From positions 272,544 to 336,543 of the forward strand of contig JBFWVL010000002.1 in NCBI GenBank assembly GCA_050246755.1: a stretch of 64,000 nucleotides of DNA, written 5' to 3'. Source of the stretch: Bacteriovoracia bacterium. Its GTDB lineage: Bacteria; Bdellovibrionota; UBA1018; CAIPTA01. Below are positions 37,795 to 47,281 of this stretch, piece after piece. Within the stretch, counting starts at the first letter, position 1. Each line of letters opens with the position of its first letter. Below the pieces are notes generated by a model. It had not been told where the DNA came from. It saw nothing but the letters and a program-made list of their open reading frames with translations, and did no database searches. The position numbers and the translations under genes were made by a program.

Positions 37795-38831
37795 GCGCGC
37801 GCAAAATACGCCGCCGCCTGGCGCCAACGGTTTTTCCCAAGACGAAGCGCATTTTCCCGCCAAGCCGGATCGGCGGGGCAAAATATCTCCAGCATTTTTT
37901 TCTGCGTAGCCGGGGAAGCTCCCTGCACCGGTCCATTCGCGTGCCACTCAAAATTTTCGCGCCGTAATACGTCCAGTACTCTCCCAAAAGAGTAAGTGCC
38001 CAATTCCTGCAGCACGGCGTGCACCTGGGCACGGGGAAGGGCATCCCGTATCGCCACGGAAAGCCGTCCCTGATTGATATAGCTTCCCTCGGAAGGGTCC
38101 GGCTTGGTTGTCGTGCGGCCGAATATCCGCCGGAAAAATTCCGGGGCGCTGGGATCCAGGTCTTCATCGGCAAATAGCCATTCACCGCCCCGCTCGCCGA
38201 GCCCGCTATGCACGTCGATCGCGATCGCCTCCTCCACCTCCGGGAAATGCGAGCGCAGTATTTCTTGCAGAAGCTGAATTTCCCGCTGGATGCTTTCGCC
38301 CATGAAAAAGAGGCCACGAGGAAAGGAATATTGCCCGGAAGCCACGGCCTGGGCCGTCCTTGCTTTCCCGAGTCTCTTCAGCTGGTAGAACGCCCGGAGC
38401 TTTCCCGTGAGAAATTCCAGCCTGGTTTTTGGATTCAGAAAGGAATTAAAAAGCGCGTAGTCGGGGTTAGGCAGCTTCGTTTTAGCGTAGTTGCGATTGA
38501 GGTCCACGTTCTGACCGTTGGCACGGCGGAAAAACTGCATTCCGTAGGGATTCACCGCGTGCACGAAAAGCAGCGAGGCATCGCCGGAGGGACCGGGTTC
38601 TGCCAAAATGGCCGCCTGGATGGCGGAACCGAGGTAGCCTTCGATGCCGTGCGTGCCGGAAAGATGAAGCACCAGCTTTTTCGGATCTCTTTTCACGAAC
38701 GCAAAATCCAGGAATAGCTCGGAAGTGGCTTCGTGGGCCACGCGAAAGCGCACCTGGCGCAGCCCGTATTCTTCCGCCGCCACTAAGAACTTTTCGCGCG
38801 CTTCGTGGTATTCGGTGGAAAAGAAATTCAA
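37791..38831 (-). CDS. DUF2817 / M14-like metallopeptidase-fold protein
   Basis: LHLSGTHGIEGYLGSAIQ is typical of DUF2817. I propose the TTG start at 38831 (GGAG SD, TTGA overlap with the bcp stop). The ORF-track ATG at 38894 would overlap bcp by 67 nt. Confidence 0.7.
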   Translation of the reverse strand: MNFFSTEYHEAREKFLVAAEEYGLRQVRFRVAHEATSELFLDFAFVKRDPKKLVLHLSGTHGIEGYLGSAIQAAILAEPGPSGDASLLFVHAVNPYGMQFFRRANGQNVDLNRNYAKTKLPNPDYALFNSFLNPKTRLEFLTGKLRAFYQLKRLGKARTAQAVASGQYSFPRGLFFMGESIQREIQLLQEILRSHFPEVEEAIAIDVHSGLGERGGEWLFADEDLDPSAPEFFRRIFGRTTTKPDPSEGSYINQGRLSVAIRDALPRAQVHAVLQELGTYSFGRVLDVLRRENFEWHANGPVQGASPATQKKMLEIFCPADPAWRENALRLGKNRWRQAAAYFARA

Positions 38832-39262
38832 GCCAGCTCCTCGGCGGCCGCCAGCACTTCCGCCACGTGTCCGCTCACCTTCACTTTGCGCCATTCGCGC
38901 AGGATTTTCCCTTTTTCGCTGATCAAGAAAGTGGAGCGCTCGATGCCGCGGAATTTCTTCCCGTAAAGGCTTTTCATCTTCATCACGCCGAATTTCTCGC
39001 TCAGCTCCTCTTCGGGGTCGCTTACCAGAGGAAAAGTAATCCCCGCTTTTACGCGGAATTTTTCGTGGGAGGCGAGGCTATCGCCCGATACGCCGTATAG
39101 TGCCCAGCCTAGTTTAGCGAACTTTTTAGCCGCGGCCGAAAACTCCACCGCTTCCTGGCTGCAGCCCGGGGTATTGTCGCGGGGGTAGAAATACAAAACG
39201 AATTTTTTCCCCTTAAGGGCCGCGAGAGAAAAATGTTCCGCGCTCGTGGTTTCTAGTTTCAT
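38828..39262 (-). CDS. bcp: Thioredoxin-dependent peroxiredoxin Bcp
   Basis: YFYPRDNTPGCSQEA active-site motif. Confidence 0.9.
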   Translation of the reverse strand: MKLETTSAEHFSLAALKGKKFVLYFYPRDNTPGCSQEAVEFSAAAKKFAKLGWALYGVSGDSLASHEKFRVKAGITFPLVSDPEEELSEKFGVMKMKSLYGKKFRGIERSTFLISEKGKILREWRKVKVSGHVAEVLAAAEELA

Positions 39263-40185
39263 GATACCTCCTCGGTTCCAGGCAGTAGTTCTAAAGTTAA
39301 AGCCCCCAGAATCAATAGCGCGCCCAGGCCTTGCCAGAGGTCGAGTCTTTCACCGAGAAAGAAGTACCCGGCCACTGTGCCGAGGAGCGGTTGCGCCAGC
39401 AGCGTGAGCGCCACCATCGCCACGGTCGCGGTGGTTAATGCTTCCGACCAGAAAATATAGGCGATCGCGGTGCCGATGGGGCCAACTAGCAGCAATGCGC
39501 CCAGCTTTCTTGGATCGTATAGCGGCTCCAGGCTTGGCCACGCTTCGCCCAGCAGCCAGAAGTAGCCGCTAAGAACTAAGAACCCAAACGCAAGGGAGGC
39601 GCCCAGGATCGAAATGGGCGTGATTCTTCCCACGAGCCGGCGGCTAATGATGGTATAGAGCGCCTCGCATGGCATCACCGCCAAGAAGAATAAATTTCCC
39701 ACGCTGAAGAGCGAAAACGATTCGGCCAAATTATTCGGCTTTATATTGCTCAGCAGAAAAAATCCCGCCACCGCGATCGCGAAGCCGGTTTTTTGCCGGC
39801 CACTCAGTTTTTCCCCAAGGAATAGCCAAGCCAGCAGCGCCGCAAAGAGCGGCTCAATCGCCACCACCAGGGAATTCGCCGTGGCGGTGGAGCGGGAAAG
39901 GCCCAAGTACTGTAAAATAGGGGAAGCGAAAAAAGTTACGAGTCCCATCGATGCGATCCAATGAAAATTATTTCGGTGCACCACCGCGCGCAGAGGTGAA
40001 ATACTTTGCGGCCGAAGCCAGCGAAATAGACAAATCAGGAAAAGAGCCGTGCAGAGAGAAGCGCCATATCGAAGCTGGGCGAGCTGGAAGGGAGCATACG
40101 AGAGAAGAAGAAATTTTCCCATTATGGGCATCAGCGCCCATATCGCATTGCATGCTAATAAACCAAGAAGAACCCACAAGCTCAT
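39259..40185 (-). CDS. DMT-superfamily transporter (EamA family)
   Basis: 308 aa, about 10 TM helices and two EamA-like halves. ATGA overlap with bcp. Confidence 0.85.
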   Translation of the reverse strand: MSLWVLLGLLACNAIWALMPIMGKFLLLSYAPFQLAQLRYGASLCTALFLICLFRWLRPQSISPLRAVVHRNNFHWIASMGLVTFFASPILQYLGLSRSTATANSLVVAIEPLFAALLAWLFLGEKLSGRQKTGFAIAVAGFFLLSNIKPNNLAESFSLFSVGNLFFLAVMPCEALYTIISRRLVGRITPISILGASLAFGFLVLSGYFWLLGEAWPSLEPLYDPRKLGALLLVGPIGTAIAYIFWSEALTTATVAMVALTLLAQPLLGTVAGYFFLGERLDLWQGLGALLILGALTLELLPGTEEVS

Positions 40186-40235
40186 AGAGCTTGAATACTA
40201 GTTGTTTTTTCGTCGCGCTGCTATACCTTAAGTGC

Positions 40236-41447
40236 ATGGAAAATTGGCAAAATTGGGATTTATATAACCCTACGAATGAACACAAAATGTTGCGCGCGCT
40301 GGTACGCGATTTCGTTCGTCAAGAAGTGGAACCCCAGGCCAATGAGCACGATCGAAAAGAGAAATTTAACCTCCCTTTATTTCGAAAATTAGGGGAGCTT
40401 GGCCTGCTCGGGATTACCGTCCCGGAAGAATTTGGAGGCTCGGGCCTTGATGCTTCTGCGGCCTGTCTAGTGCACGAAGAGCTTTCGTGGTCTGATCCAG
40501 GTTTCGCCCTGGCCTACCTCGCGCATTCGATGCTCTGCGTGAATAATTTGGCGCGGAATGCCTCACCGGAACAGAAAAAAAAATACCTGCCTAAGCTTTG
40601 CTCGGGCGAATGGGTCGGCGCGATGGCTATGTCAGAGCCGGGCGTGGGCACCGATGTGGTGGGCATGGAAAGTTCCGCGCTGCTGAAAAATGGCAGCTAC
40701 GTGGTAAATGGCCGCAAGATGTGGATCACCAACGGGACCTTAGATGATGCCGGCACTCCGGCTGATGTGGTGTGGCTCTATGCCCGTACCGACGATCAGA
40801 AATCCGGCAAGCGAGAAATGTCTACCTTTCTGGTGGATCGCACCTGCGCCGGCTACTCGGTGGGCCAAAAAATCGGCGATAAGCTCGGCATGCGCGCCTC
40901 GAATACCGCCGAGCTGGTTTTTGATAATTGCCAAATTCCCTCCACGAATCTTGTGGGCAAAGAGGGCGGAGCTCTTCTGCACATGATGAAAAACTTGGAG
41001 CTGGAGCGCCTCACCTTGGCGGCCATGAGCCTGGGCTTGGCCCGCCGCTCCCTCGAGGTAATGACCCGCTACGCGAATGAGCGCCAGGCCTTCGGGCAAT
41101 CCATCTCCAAATTCGGCCAGATCCAAAAGCATATCGGCGAAAGCTTTGCGGAGTATCGCGCGGCGCGCGCCTACGTGTATGAAACCGCCCGCCATATTAA
41201 CCTGGATGAGGAAGGCAATCGCCTCGATTCGGACGGCGTGAAGCTCGTGGCCTCGATGATGGGCAAAAAAGTTTCCGACTCCGCCATCCAAGTACTCGGC
41301 GGCTACGGCTACGTGGGTGAATACGTGGTGGAACGCCTCTGGCGCGATGCCAAGCTCCTCGAAATTGGCGGCGGCACCCTTGAGGCGCACCAAAAAAATA
41401 TTACCCGCGATCTCGCGAAGAATCCGGCCATGGTGGCGGATTTGTGA
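40236..41447 (+). CDS. Acyl-CoA dehydrogenase, isovaleryl-CoA dehydrogenase-like
   Basis: LGLLGITVPEEFGGSG, GAMAMSEPGVGTDV, WITNG and a C-terminal EIGGGT. I chose the ATG at 40236. Confidence 0.9.
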   Translation: MENWQNWDLYNPTNEHKMLRALVRDFVRQEVEPQANEHDRKEKFNLPLFRKLGELGLLGITVPEEFGGSGLDASAACLVHEELSWSDPGFALAYLAHSMLCVNNLARNASPEQKKKYLPKLCSGEWVGAMAMSEPGVGTDVVGMESSALLKNGSYVVNGRKMWITNGTLDDAGTPADVVWLYARTDDQKSGKREMSTFLVDRTCAGYSVGQKIGDKLGMRASNTAELVFDNCQIPSTNLVGKEGGALLHMMKNLELERLTLAAMSLGLARRSLEVMTRYANERQAFGQSISKFGQIQKHIGESFAEYRAARAYVYETARHINLDEEGNRLDSDGVKLVASMMGKKVSDSAIQVLGGYGYVGEYVVERLWRDAKLLEIGGGTLEAHQKNITRDLAKNPAMVADL

Positions 41448-41908
41448 TTCGTTGCCTTCTGCTCTGTTTTCTTTTTTCGGCCCCCGTTTTTGCCGGCACC
41501 GACGATATCGAGAAAGATTTGCTCGATCTTCAGCAAAGCGTGGAAGGTGTTCTTCACAAGTTCAATACCAGCTCCCGCGGCACCCCCGCGAGCCAGCTCG
41601 ATGTGGCGCGCCGTAAGGTCTTCGCCCTCGCCGAAGACAAACAATTCCTCAAGGCCATGAACGAACTATGGGCGAATCCCCACCGTAACCAATTGCTGAT
41701 CGTGCAGGGAATTTTTTTCGCGGTGGTTTTTTTACTGAAAGCTTGGCGCCAAGCGAAGGCCGCGAATTGGTTCACGCGAATTTTTGTCGGACTATTTTTC
41801 AGCTTCATTACGTGGGGCGGTTTGCTTTACGTGATTCCCGCCGTAGTGCTCGGTGAGCCTTACCGGATTTTCGTGGGCACCATTTGGCGCGTGCTGGTCT
41901 CTTCCTAG
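41444..41908 (+). CDS. Hypothetical membrane protein
   Basis: The GTG start overlaps the upstream TGA. It has a signal peptide or TM helix (CLLLCFLFSAPVFA) plus 2-3 further TM helices. Confidence 0.55.
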   Translation: MIRCLLLCFLFSAPVFAGTDDIEKDLLDLQQSVEGVLHKFNTSSRGTPASQLDVARRKVFALAEDKQFLKAMNELWANPHRNQLLIVQGIFFAVVFLLKAWRQAKAANWFTRIFVGLFFSFITWGGLLYVIPAVVLGEPYRIFVGTIWRVLVSS

Positions 41909-42453
41909 TTTTTTAGTTTCAGCGTGAAGCTTTCCCGTAAATGATAGTCGGGCTGCTGGCCCGCGTGATTCGTGGAATAAAAATGCGTAGCCTGGCTGGT
42001 GCGCAGGATTACGCAGAGGCTGGCCTCTAAAGCGTCTAGTTTATTTTTGCTGGTCAAGTGGCAGGTGAGCGAACTGGGATTTACTTCCAGCTTAGCAATG
42101 CGAAAATCGCCGCTTTCCTGGGGTGGAGCGGGCTTCCGATAATCCGAAAACTTATAGAGATTCCATTTCGGCTGGGTAGGAGAAAGATTCAGCTCCCAGT
42201 AGCCAGCTTCACCGGGAATGCCCCAGAAAGCTTCGAAACAGGTGGTATGCCATAGACCATCGGCGCGAAAAAGGTCCCGTTCGGTATGAATGGCCAGAGA
42301 ATCGAGTACCAGATGCCGAGGGTCCGCGAGCTGAAATTTCAAGGTAAGATTTTGGAGGCCGGTGAGTTCGATTTTTCCTTCCACGCCGATGGGTTCCGAA
42401 TGCGCGTGGAATGGAAAAAGAGGCTGCATGAGAAAATGGTATGGTGATGGCAA
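41905..42453 (-). CDS. Hypothetical protein (182 aa)
   Basis: An ORF with no competing gene. The beta-rich sequence has no family I can name with confidence. It shares a CTAG stop overlap with the convergent gene. Confidence 0.5.
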   Translation of the reverse strand: MPSPYHFLMQPLFPFHAHSEPIGVEGKIELTGLQNLTLKFQLADPRHLVLDSLAIHTERDLFRADGLWHTTCFEAFWGIPGEAGYWELNLSPTQPKWNLYKFSDYRKPAPPQESGDFRIAKLEVNPSSLTCHLTSKNKLDALEASLCVILRTSQATHFYSTNHAGQQPDYHLRESFTLKLKN

Positions 42454-42512
42454 GAATTGGTCAAATCATGGAATTTAACGCACCGCTTGGCCGGCCAAGC
42501 TTCATTCCAAAG

Positions 42513-43868
42513 TTATTCCATATAAGGGCGCATTAAATCCCGCGCCGAAATTTTTGCGCCGAGCACGGCCAGAAACGTAAACATCCCGATCATTTTGCGA
42601 TCCAGAAAAACCACTTCCCGCGGAGGTGCCCTCAGGGGAAACTTCTTCACGATCTTCCAGCTCAGTCCCGAAACACGTTTGGGCAAATCGCTGCCCTTCC
42701 AGTCATAAGCCCCATCCAGCGCGAAAGGCTCCACGAGGGCCGCGCAAAGTTCGTAGAACATATCCTTAAGCTCCTGGGGATCGTCTTCGTGCAGCACGCC
42801 CATCGCCAGCGCACCCTTTTCGAAGTCGGCACGGATGTGGTGGAAGAGGCCGGAAAGCATATGGCGATAGCGGCGCATGAAATCGGGAGAAATCTCGCGA
42901 ACGGCGCCGTAGTCGTAGAGCACCAGCTGGTCTTTGTCTTTTCCTAGGCGCACGCGGTAATTTCCAAAATGTGGATCCGTCTGCATTTTGTTCCACACGA
43001 ATAGTTCTTTTAGGTAGAGCTCCATGGCATTGGCGGCCAGAGCATTGCGGCGTTCCTGCGAAAGCGCGGCTACTTCTTCCGAGTCCACCGCGATTCCCGG
43101 CTCAAAGCTCATCGCAATCACGCGCTTGGAGCTGAATTCTTCGATGGGCCGCGGGAGAACGTAGCGCGGATCACCTTTTAGTAATTTATGAAATACTTCC
43201 AGCGTTTCCCGTTCGAGCTCGTAGTCGAGCTCGCGCTTGAGCATCGCGCGCACCTCGGCAAAAAGATCATCGGTGCCGGGAAGATTTGGGAGCCATTCCG
43301 AGATGGAGAGAATTTTTCTGAGGGCTTTCAGGTCCCCGTCGATCGCCTCGTCTACGCCCGGGTATTGCACTTTCAAAACGATTTCCTGCCCCGTTTTTAG
43401 GATCCTGGCACGATGCACCTGTCCCAAAGAAGCGGCGGCATATGCCTCCTCTTCGATTTCCAGGAGCGCCATCCGCTCTTTACCCAGCTGCCGTACCAAT
43501 ACCTTGCGAATTTCTTCCCAGCGCAGGGGAGGTGAATCGCTCTGCAGCGACTTTAAAATCTGGTTGGCTTCGGGCGGAAGGAAATGCTCCCCATAGACCG
43601 AAAGCATCTGTCCGGCCTTCATTAAGCTGCCTTTGAGTTTGCCCAATTCGGCGGTGAGCAGGGCCAATTGCTCCAAAACATAGGCTTGCTTTCGTATCTT
43701 TTGGGCGGCTTCGCTCTTTAAAATACCCCCCAGAGCGTGGCCAGCGGCCTTAGCTCCGGCCTGAAGGCCGAGTTTAGCCAGGGAAAAGGAGCGCGATACG
43801 GAACCCGTGGCGAGTCCGGAGAGCTTTTTCTGGGGTTTTGAGTGTTTCTTTGAGGCCATTCGACCCAT
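42513..43868 (-). CDS. ABC1/UbiB-family atypical kinase
   Basis: AAASLGQVHRA and VLKVQYPGV motifs. A GGGAG SD lies 5 nt before the ATG at 43868. Confidence 0.85.
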   Translation of the reverse strand: MGRMASKKHSKPQKKLSGLATGSVSRSFSLAKLGLQAGAKAAGHALGGILKSEAAQKIRKQAYVLEQLALLTAELGKLKGSLMKAGQMLSVYGEHFLPPEANQILKSLQSDSPPLRWEEIRKVLVRQLGKERMALLEIEEEAYAAASLGQVHRARILKTGQEIVLKVQYPGVDEAIDGDLKALRKILSISEWLPNLPGTDDLFAEVRAMLKRELDYELERETLEVFHKLLKGDPRYVLPRPIEEFSSKRVIAMSFEPGIAVDSEEVAALSQERRNALAANAMELYLKELFVWNKMQTDPHFGNYRVRLGKDKDQLVLYDYGAVREISPDFMRRYRHMLSGLFHHIRADFEKGALAMGVLHEDDPQELKDMFYELCAALVEPFALDGAYDWKGSDLPKRVSGLSWKIVKKFPLRAPPREVVFLDRKMIGMFTFLAVLGAKISARDLMRPYME

Positions 43869-44030
43869 TCTACTCCCATTTCTGAGAAATGTTTTCCTGA
43901 TGCAATCGGGGGAGAAGAGCCGGCTAAAAAAGGGGCAAAAAAGCCTTCCCAGCCGCGTCATTTCGGAGTAAAAATCGGGGGTTCAAAGCCTAAGGTCGTT
44001 TTGCCTTATGCCCTTACTTAGGAGCCTTCC

Positions 44031-44927
44031 ATGTCGCAATCAACCCAATCCATCAATCTGAAAACTGGCCTCGCCGAAATGCTCAAGGGCGGTGTGATTA
44101 TGGACGTGATGAACGTGGAACAGGCGAAGATCGCCGAGCAGGCGGGCGCGGTGGCGGTGATGGCGTTGGAACGCATCCCGAGCCTGATTCGCAGCCAGGG
44201 CGGCGTGGCCCGCATGAGCGATCCCCTCATGATCCAAGAGATCATGAAAGTTTCTTCGATTCCGGTGATGGCCAAAGTCCGGATCGGCCACTTCGCCGAA
44301 GCGCAAATTCTCCAGGAACTCGGCGTGGATTTCATCGATGAGAGCGAAGTGCTCACTCCGGCCGACGAAGAAAATCATATCGATAAACACGCATTCAAAG
44401 TTCCCTTCGTTTGCGGCTGCACGGATCTCGGGGAAGCCCTCCGCCGTATCGGCGAAGGCGCGGCCCTGATTCGTACCAAGGGCGAGGCCGGCACTGGCAA
44501 CGTGGTGGAGGCCGTGCGCCACATGCGCACCCTGATGCGCGAAATCCGCAAGCTAACCACGATGGATGCCAGCGAGCTCTACGCCGAAGCGAAGCGCCTG
44601 CGTTCGCCTCTGGAGATCGTGCAGCTGGTGGCTAAAACCGGCAAACTCCCCGTGCCGAATTTCTCCGCCGGCGGCGTGGCCACTCCGGCCGACGCAGCCC
44701 TCATGCTCCAGCTCGGCGCCGAGACCGTGTTCGTAGGTTCGGGGATTTTTGCCGATGCGACCTCCGCCGAATCCGAGCGCCGCGCGAAAGCCATCGTAGC
44801 CGCCGTGGCCCAGCCGAATAATGCTGCCGCCCTGCTCGAAGCGTCCCGCGGACTGCCGCGCGCCATGACCGGCGTAGAGATGAAAGCAATTCCCGAGGAA
44901 CAACGCCTTGCCCAACGCGGCTGGTAG
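44031..44927 (+). CDS. pdxS: Pyridoxal 5'-phosphate synthase, synthase subunit
   Basis: [30 protein letters not shown] and [10 protein letters not shown] motifs. Confidence 0.97.
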   Translation: MSQSTQSINLKTGLAEMLKGGVIMDVMNVEQAKIAEQAGAVAVMALERIPSLIRSQGGVARMSDPLMIQEIMKVSSIPVMAKVRIGHFAEAQILQELGVDFIDESEVLTPADEENHIDKHAFKVPFVCGCTDLGEALRRIGEGAALIRTKGEAGTGNVVEAVRHMRTLMREIRKLTTMDASELYAEAKRLRSPLEIVQLVAKTGKLPVPNFSAGGVATPADAALMLQLGAETVFVGSGIFADATSAESERRAKAIVAAVAQPNNAAALLEASRGLPRAMTGVEMKAIPEEQRLAQRGW

Positions 44928-45504
44928 GAAAATAGGCGTCCTGGCTCTCCAGGGTTGCGTGGAGCCCCACGCGAATCATTTGCGCAAGCTAGGCGCCGAG
45001 CCGGTTTATGTGCGCCTGCCTAAAGACCTCGATGGCATTGAAGGGCTTATTCTGCCGGGAGGCGAGAGCACCACGATGCTCAAGCTCGCCAAGCAATTCG
45101 ATCTCTGGGAGCCGCTCAAAAAACGCGCCAGGCAAATTCCGTTCTGGGGAATCTGTGCCGGATCCATCCTTATGGCCGCGAAAGTGGAAAATCCTTCGCA
45201 GGAAAGCCTGGGCGTGATCGACCTCGAAGTAAGGCGCAATGCCTACGGCCGCCAGCTCGAGAGCTTTCAACAAAACCTGCAAACCGAAAATGGCCCGCAG
45301 CCGGCAGTTTTCATCCGGGCGCCGAAATTCTTAAGCTGGGGAAAAAGCGTAAAGGTGCAGGGCACGCTGAACGGCGACGCGGTTTTTCTCGGCGACGGCC
45401 ACCATATGGTGACAGCGTTTCATCCCGAGCTGACCGATAATTCCTGGTTTCACGAAAAATTTTTGGCCGAAGTTTCCCGGAGCAATCATGAACAAGCAAA
45501 ATAG
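44908..45504 (+). CDS. pdxT: Pyridoxal 5'-phosphate synthase, glutaminase subunit
   Basis: [22 protein letters not shown] (catalytic Cys) and FHPE motifs. TTG start with a GAGGAA SD, overlapping pdxS by 20 nt. Confidence 0.92.
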   Translation: MPNAAGRKIGVLALQGCVEPHANHLRKLGAEPVYVRLPKDLDGIEGLILPGGESTTMLKLAKQFDLWEPLKKRARQIPFWGICAGSILMAAKVENPSQESLGVIDLEVRRNAYGRQLESFQQNLQTENGPQPAVFIRAPKFLSWGKSVKVQGTLNGDAVFLGDGHHMVTAFHPELTDNSWFHEKFLAEVSRSNHEQAK

Positions 45505-45967
45505 CCTTTTGGTGCCCCTCATTTTCTTCCTTCCGATTTTTCTCTGGTCGGTGGCCGCGCGCGCCGGTGAAGCCGCGATCGAATGGCCCAGCCGAAACTC
45601 CAAGGTAGTTTGCGGCGGTACCGTAGACGACGAACCACTCGACCTGAAGGTTATGGCGGAAACCGCGATGCTGAAGGCCGTTTCAAAGAGCGACCGAGTT
45701 TTTCTCTTTATCGACCTGCATAAGCCCGGCCAGGTTCGCTTTCTCATGAACGACTCCCTTACCGACCAAGAGTTCGCGATGCGGGAGCAAATTTTGGCCA
45801 AGCTGAACCCCGCCGAAGCGGACTTAGTGAGTGCGCTTTTTGCGAATCGCCTTTCCGATTTTTATACCGGTCTCACGGAAGGTTTCGTGCACCTCGTGAC
45901 CGCGCAGGGTACGCGCACGCTCAACCTCAGCTGCCAAGAAGTGGCTCGCGCGGGCGAGAGCAAATAG
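45488..45967 (+). CDS. Hypothetical secreted protein (159 aa)
   Basis: Overlaps the pdxT end by 17 nt. Signal-peptide-like LLVPLIFFLPIFLWSVAARA. No family recognised. Confidence 0.55.
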   Translation: MNKQNSLLVPLIFFLPIFLWSVAARAGEAAIEWPSRNSKVVCGGTVDDEPLDLKVMAETAMLKAVSKSDRVFLFIDLHKPGQVRFLMNDSLTDQEFAMREQILAKLNPAEADLVSALFANRLSDFYTGLTEGFVHLVTAQGTRTLNLSCQEVARAGESK

Positions 45968-46061
45968 GCGCCGGCATTTTTTCCCGCCCCCAGGCTTCCA
46001 GCGACACATGACTAAATAATACGGGTTTGCAAAGCGGGGTGCCGTGGATTAAGAATAGGGG

Positions 46062-47213
46062 ATGACTAAAAAATTCCGGATTTTCCTGATTTTTGCCTCG
46101 GCTATAGGGCTCATGGCCAGCGCCCAGGCGGCCGAGCGTTCTTTTCTGCCGCGGGTCACCGGCCTCAAGTTCCCTAATTCTGCAATGGAAGGCGCGCTTC
46201 CCGTTTCGGCCAGCGCGCTTATTCTGGATAAAGGTGAAAAATACTCCGGGTATACTGATCTTTTGCCTTACGTATTGCTCTCGCCAGACCAAGAAGAGGC
46301 CGGAAGCTGCCTTTATATGACGTTAACGGGCATTGCCGAATGGAACCTGGCCCGCCTGCACCCTACGCTTTCCCGGGAACCCGAAGGGCCGCTAGATTTG
46401 AGCGAGCGTCACCTCATGAATATTGCGGGTGAAGCAGAAGAAAAGAACGGCGCGGCGAATTGGAAAACAGACTCTGTTTATTTGCTCAACGGAGCTCGAG
46501 GTTTATTCCGCAATGCTGACTACCGCTTCACGAAGGGGTGGTATAAATCCGGCGCCGACGACGAAGCCGTGAAGGCGGTGGCCGGAGAGCCTGGCGCCGA
46601 ATACGATGCCGGCTATAACTGGCTTGACGAACGCCCCACCGGCGCTTCTTTGGTGAGCCTGCCTAACTTTCACCGGGAAGTGCTATTCGCCGACCCTGAA
46701 TCCAACCAGTGGAATACGGCCGTGATGCCGGCGGACATCGTGGACCGGATCAAAGCCGCTTTGCTCGAGAAAAAATCCCCGGTGCAGATCATCTATAACC
46801 ACTTCGGTTACTGGCACTCGAATTTTATCGTGGGATTCGACGACGCGAAGCTAAATGACAATTGTAGATTCGTGCGTGATTTTCTTGCGTACATGCAAGC
46901 GAGACCGGCGGAGCTACGCAAAGAAGCGGAAAATGAGGCGGATCCAAAGGAAAAGGCGCAACTACTGGCCAAAGCGCTGCGGGCCGAAAACGCCCACCGG
47001 CGCACTCGGGCCGCCTACGAAAAAGACGGCTGCCAGGGGAAAGGCGTATTCTATGTGCGCGACTCTATCTATCCCGATACCGAGGGACCGGTCTACGACT
47101 ACGATCCCTCAACGAAGGGCGACGAGGGGTTCTATTCTAAGAAAATCGTGTTGCTCGAGTACGAATGGGTTCGTTATATGGGCAATCACGCCATTCAGAT
47201 CCTAGCGGACTAG
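46062..47213 (+). CDS. Secreted protein with cryptic papain-like (C1-type) cysteine peptidase motifs
   Basis: Signal peptide ...LMASAQA. Q77-x5-C83 (DQEEAGSCLYMT) has papain Q19-C25 spacing. H252 lies in WHSNFIVGFDD, comparable to papain DHAVAAVGYG. Confidence 0.7.
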   Translation: MTKKFRIFLIFASAIGLMASAQAAERSFLPRVTGLKFPNSAMEGALPVSASALILDKGEKYSGYTDLLPYVLLSPDQEEAGSCLYMTLTGIAEWNLARLHPTLSREPEGPLDLSERHLMNIAGEAEEKNGAANWKTDSVYLLNGARGLFRNADYRFTKGWYKSGADDEAVKAVAGEPGAEYDAGYNWLDERPTGASLVSLPNFHREVLFADPESNQWNTAVMPADIVDRIKAALLEKKSPVQIIYNHFGYWHSNFIVGFDDAKLNDNCRFVRDFLAYMQARPAELRKEAENEADPKEKAQLLAKALRAENAHRRTRAAYEKDGCQGKGVFYVRDSIYPDTEGPVYDYDPSTKGDEGFYSKKIVLLEYEWVRYMGNHAIQILAD

Positions 47214-47281
47214 GGTGCGTACCCGGTAGCGGTACCTCGTCTTTCTCTCAAATAAGCGCGGTCAATTGCCGATAAAATATA

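Noticed and set aside
41905-41908. Convergent genes sharing a CTAG (both stop codons overlap). The same occurs at 37791-37794. There are 3-nt gaps at 20585-20587 and 34379-34381.
   Set aside because: This is consistent with general genome compaction in this window. No hairpin or other signal suggests a specific regulatory device.
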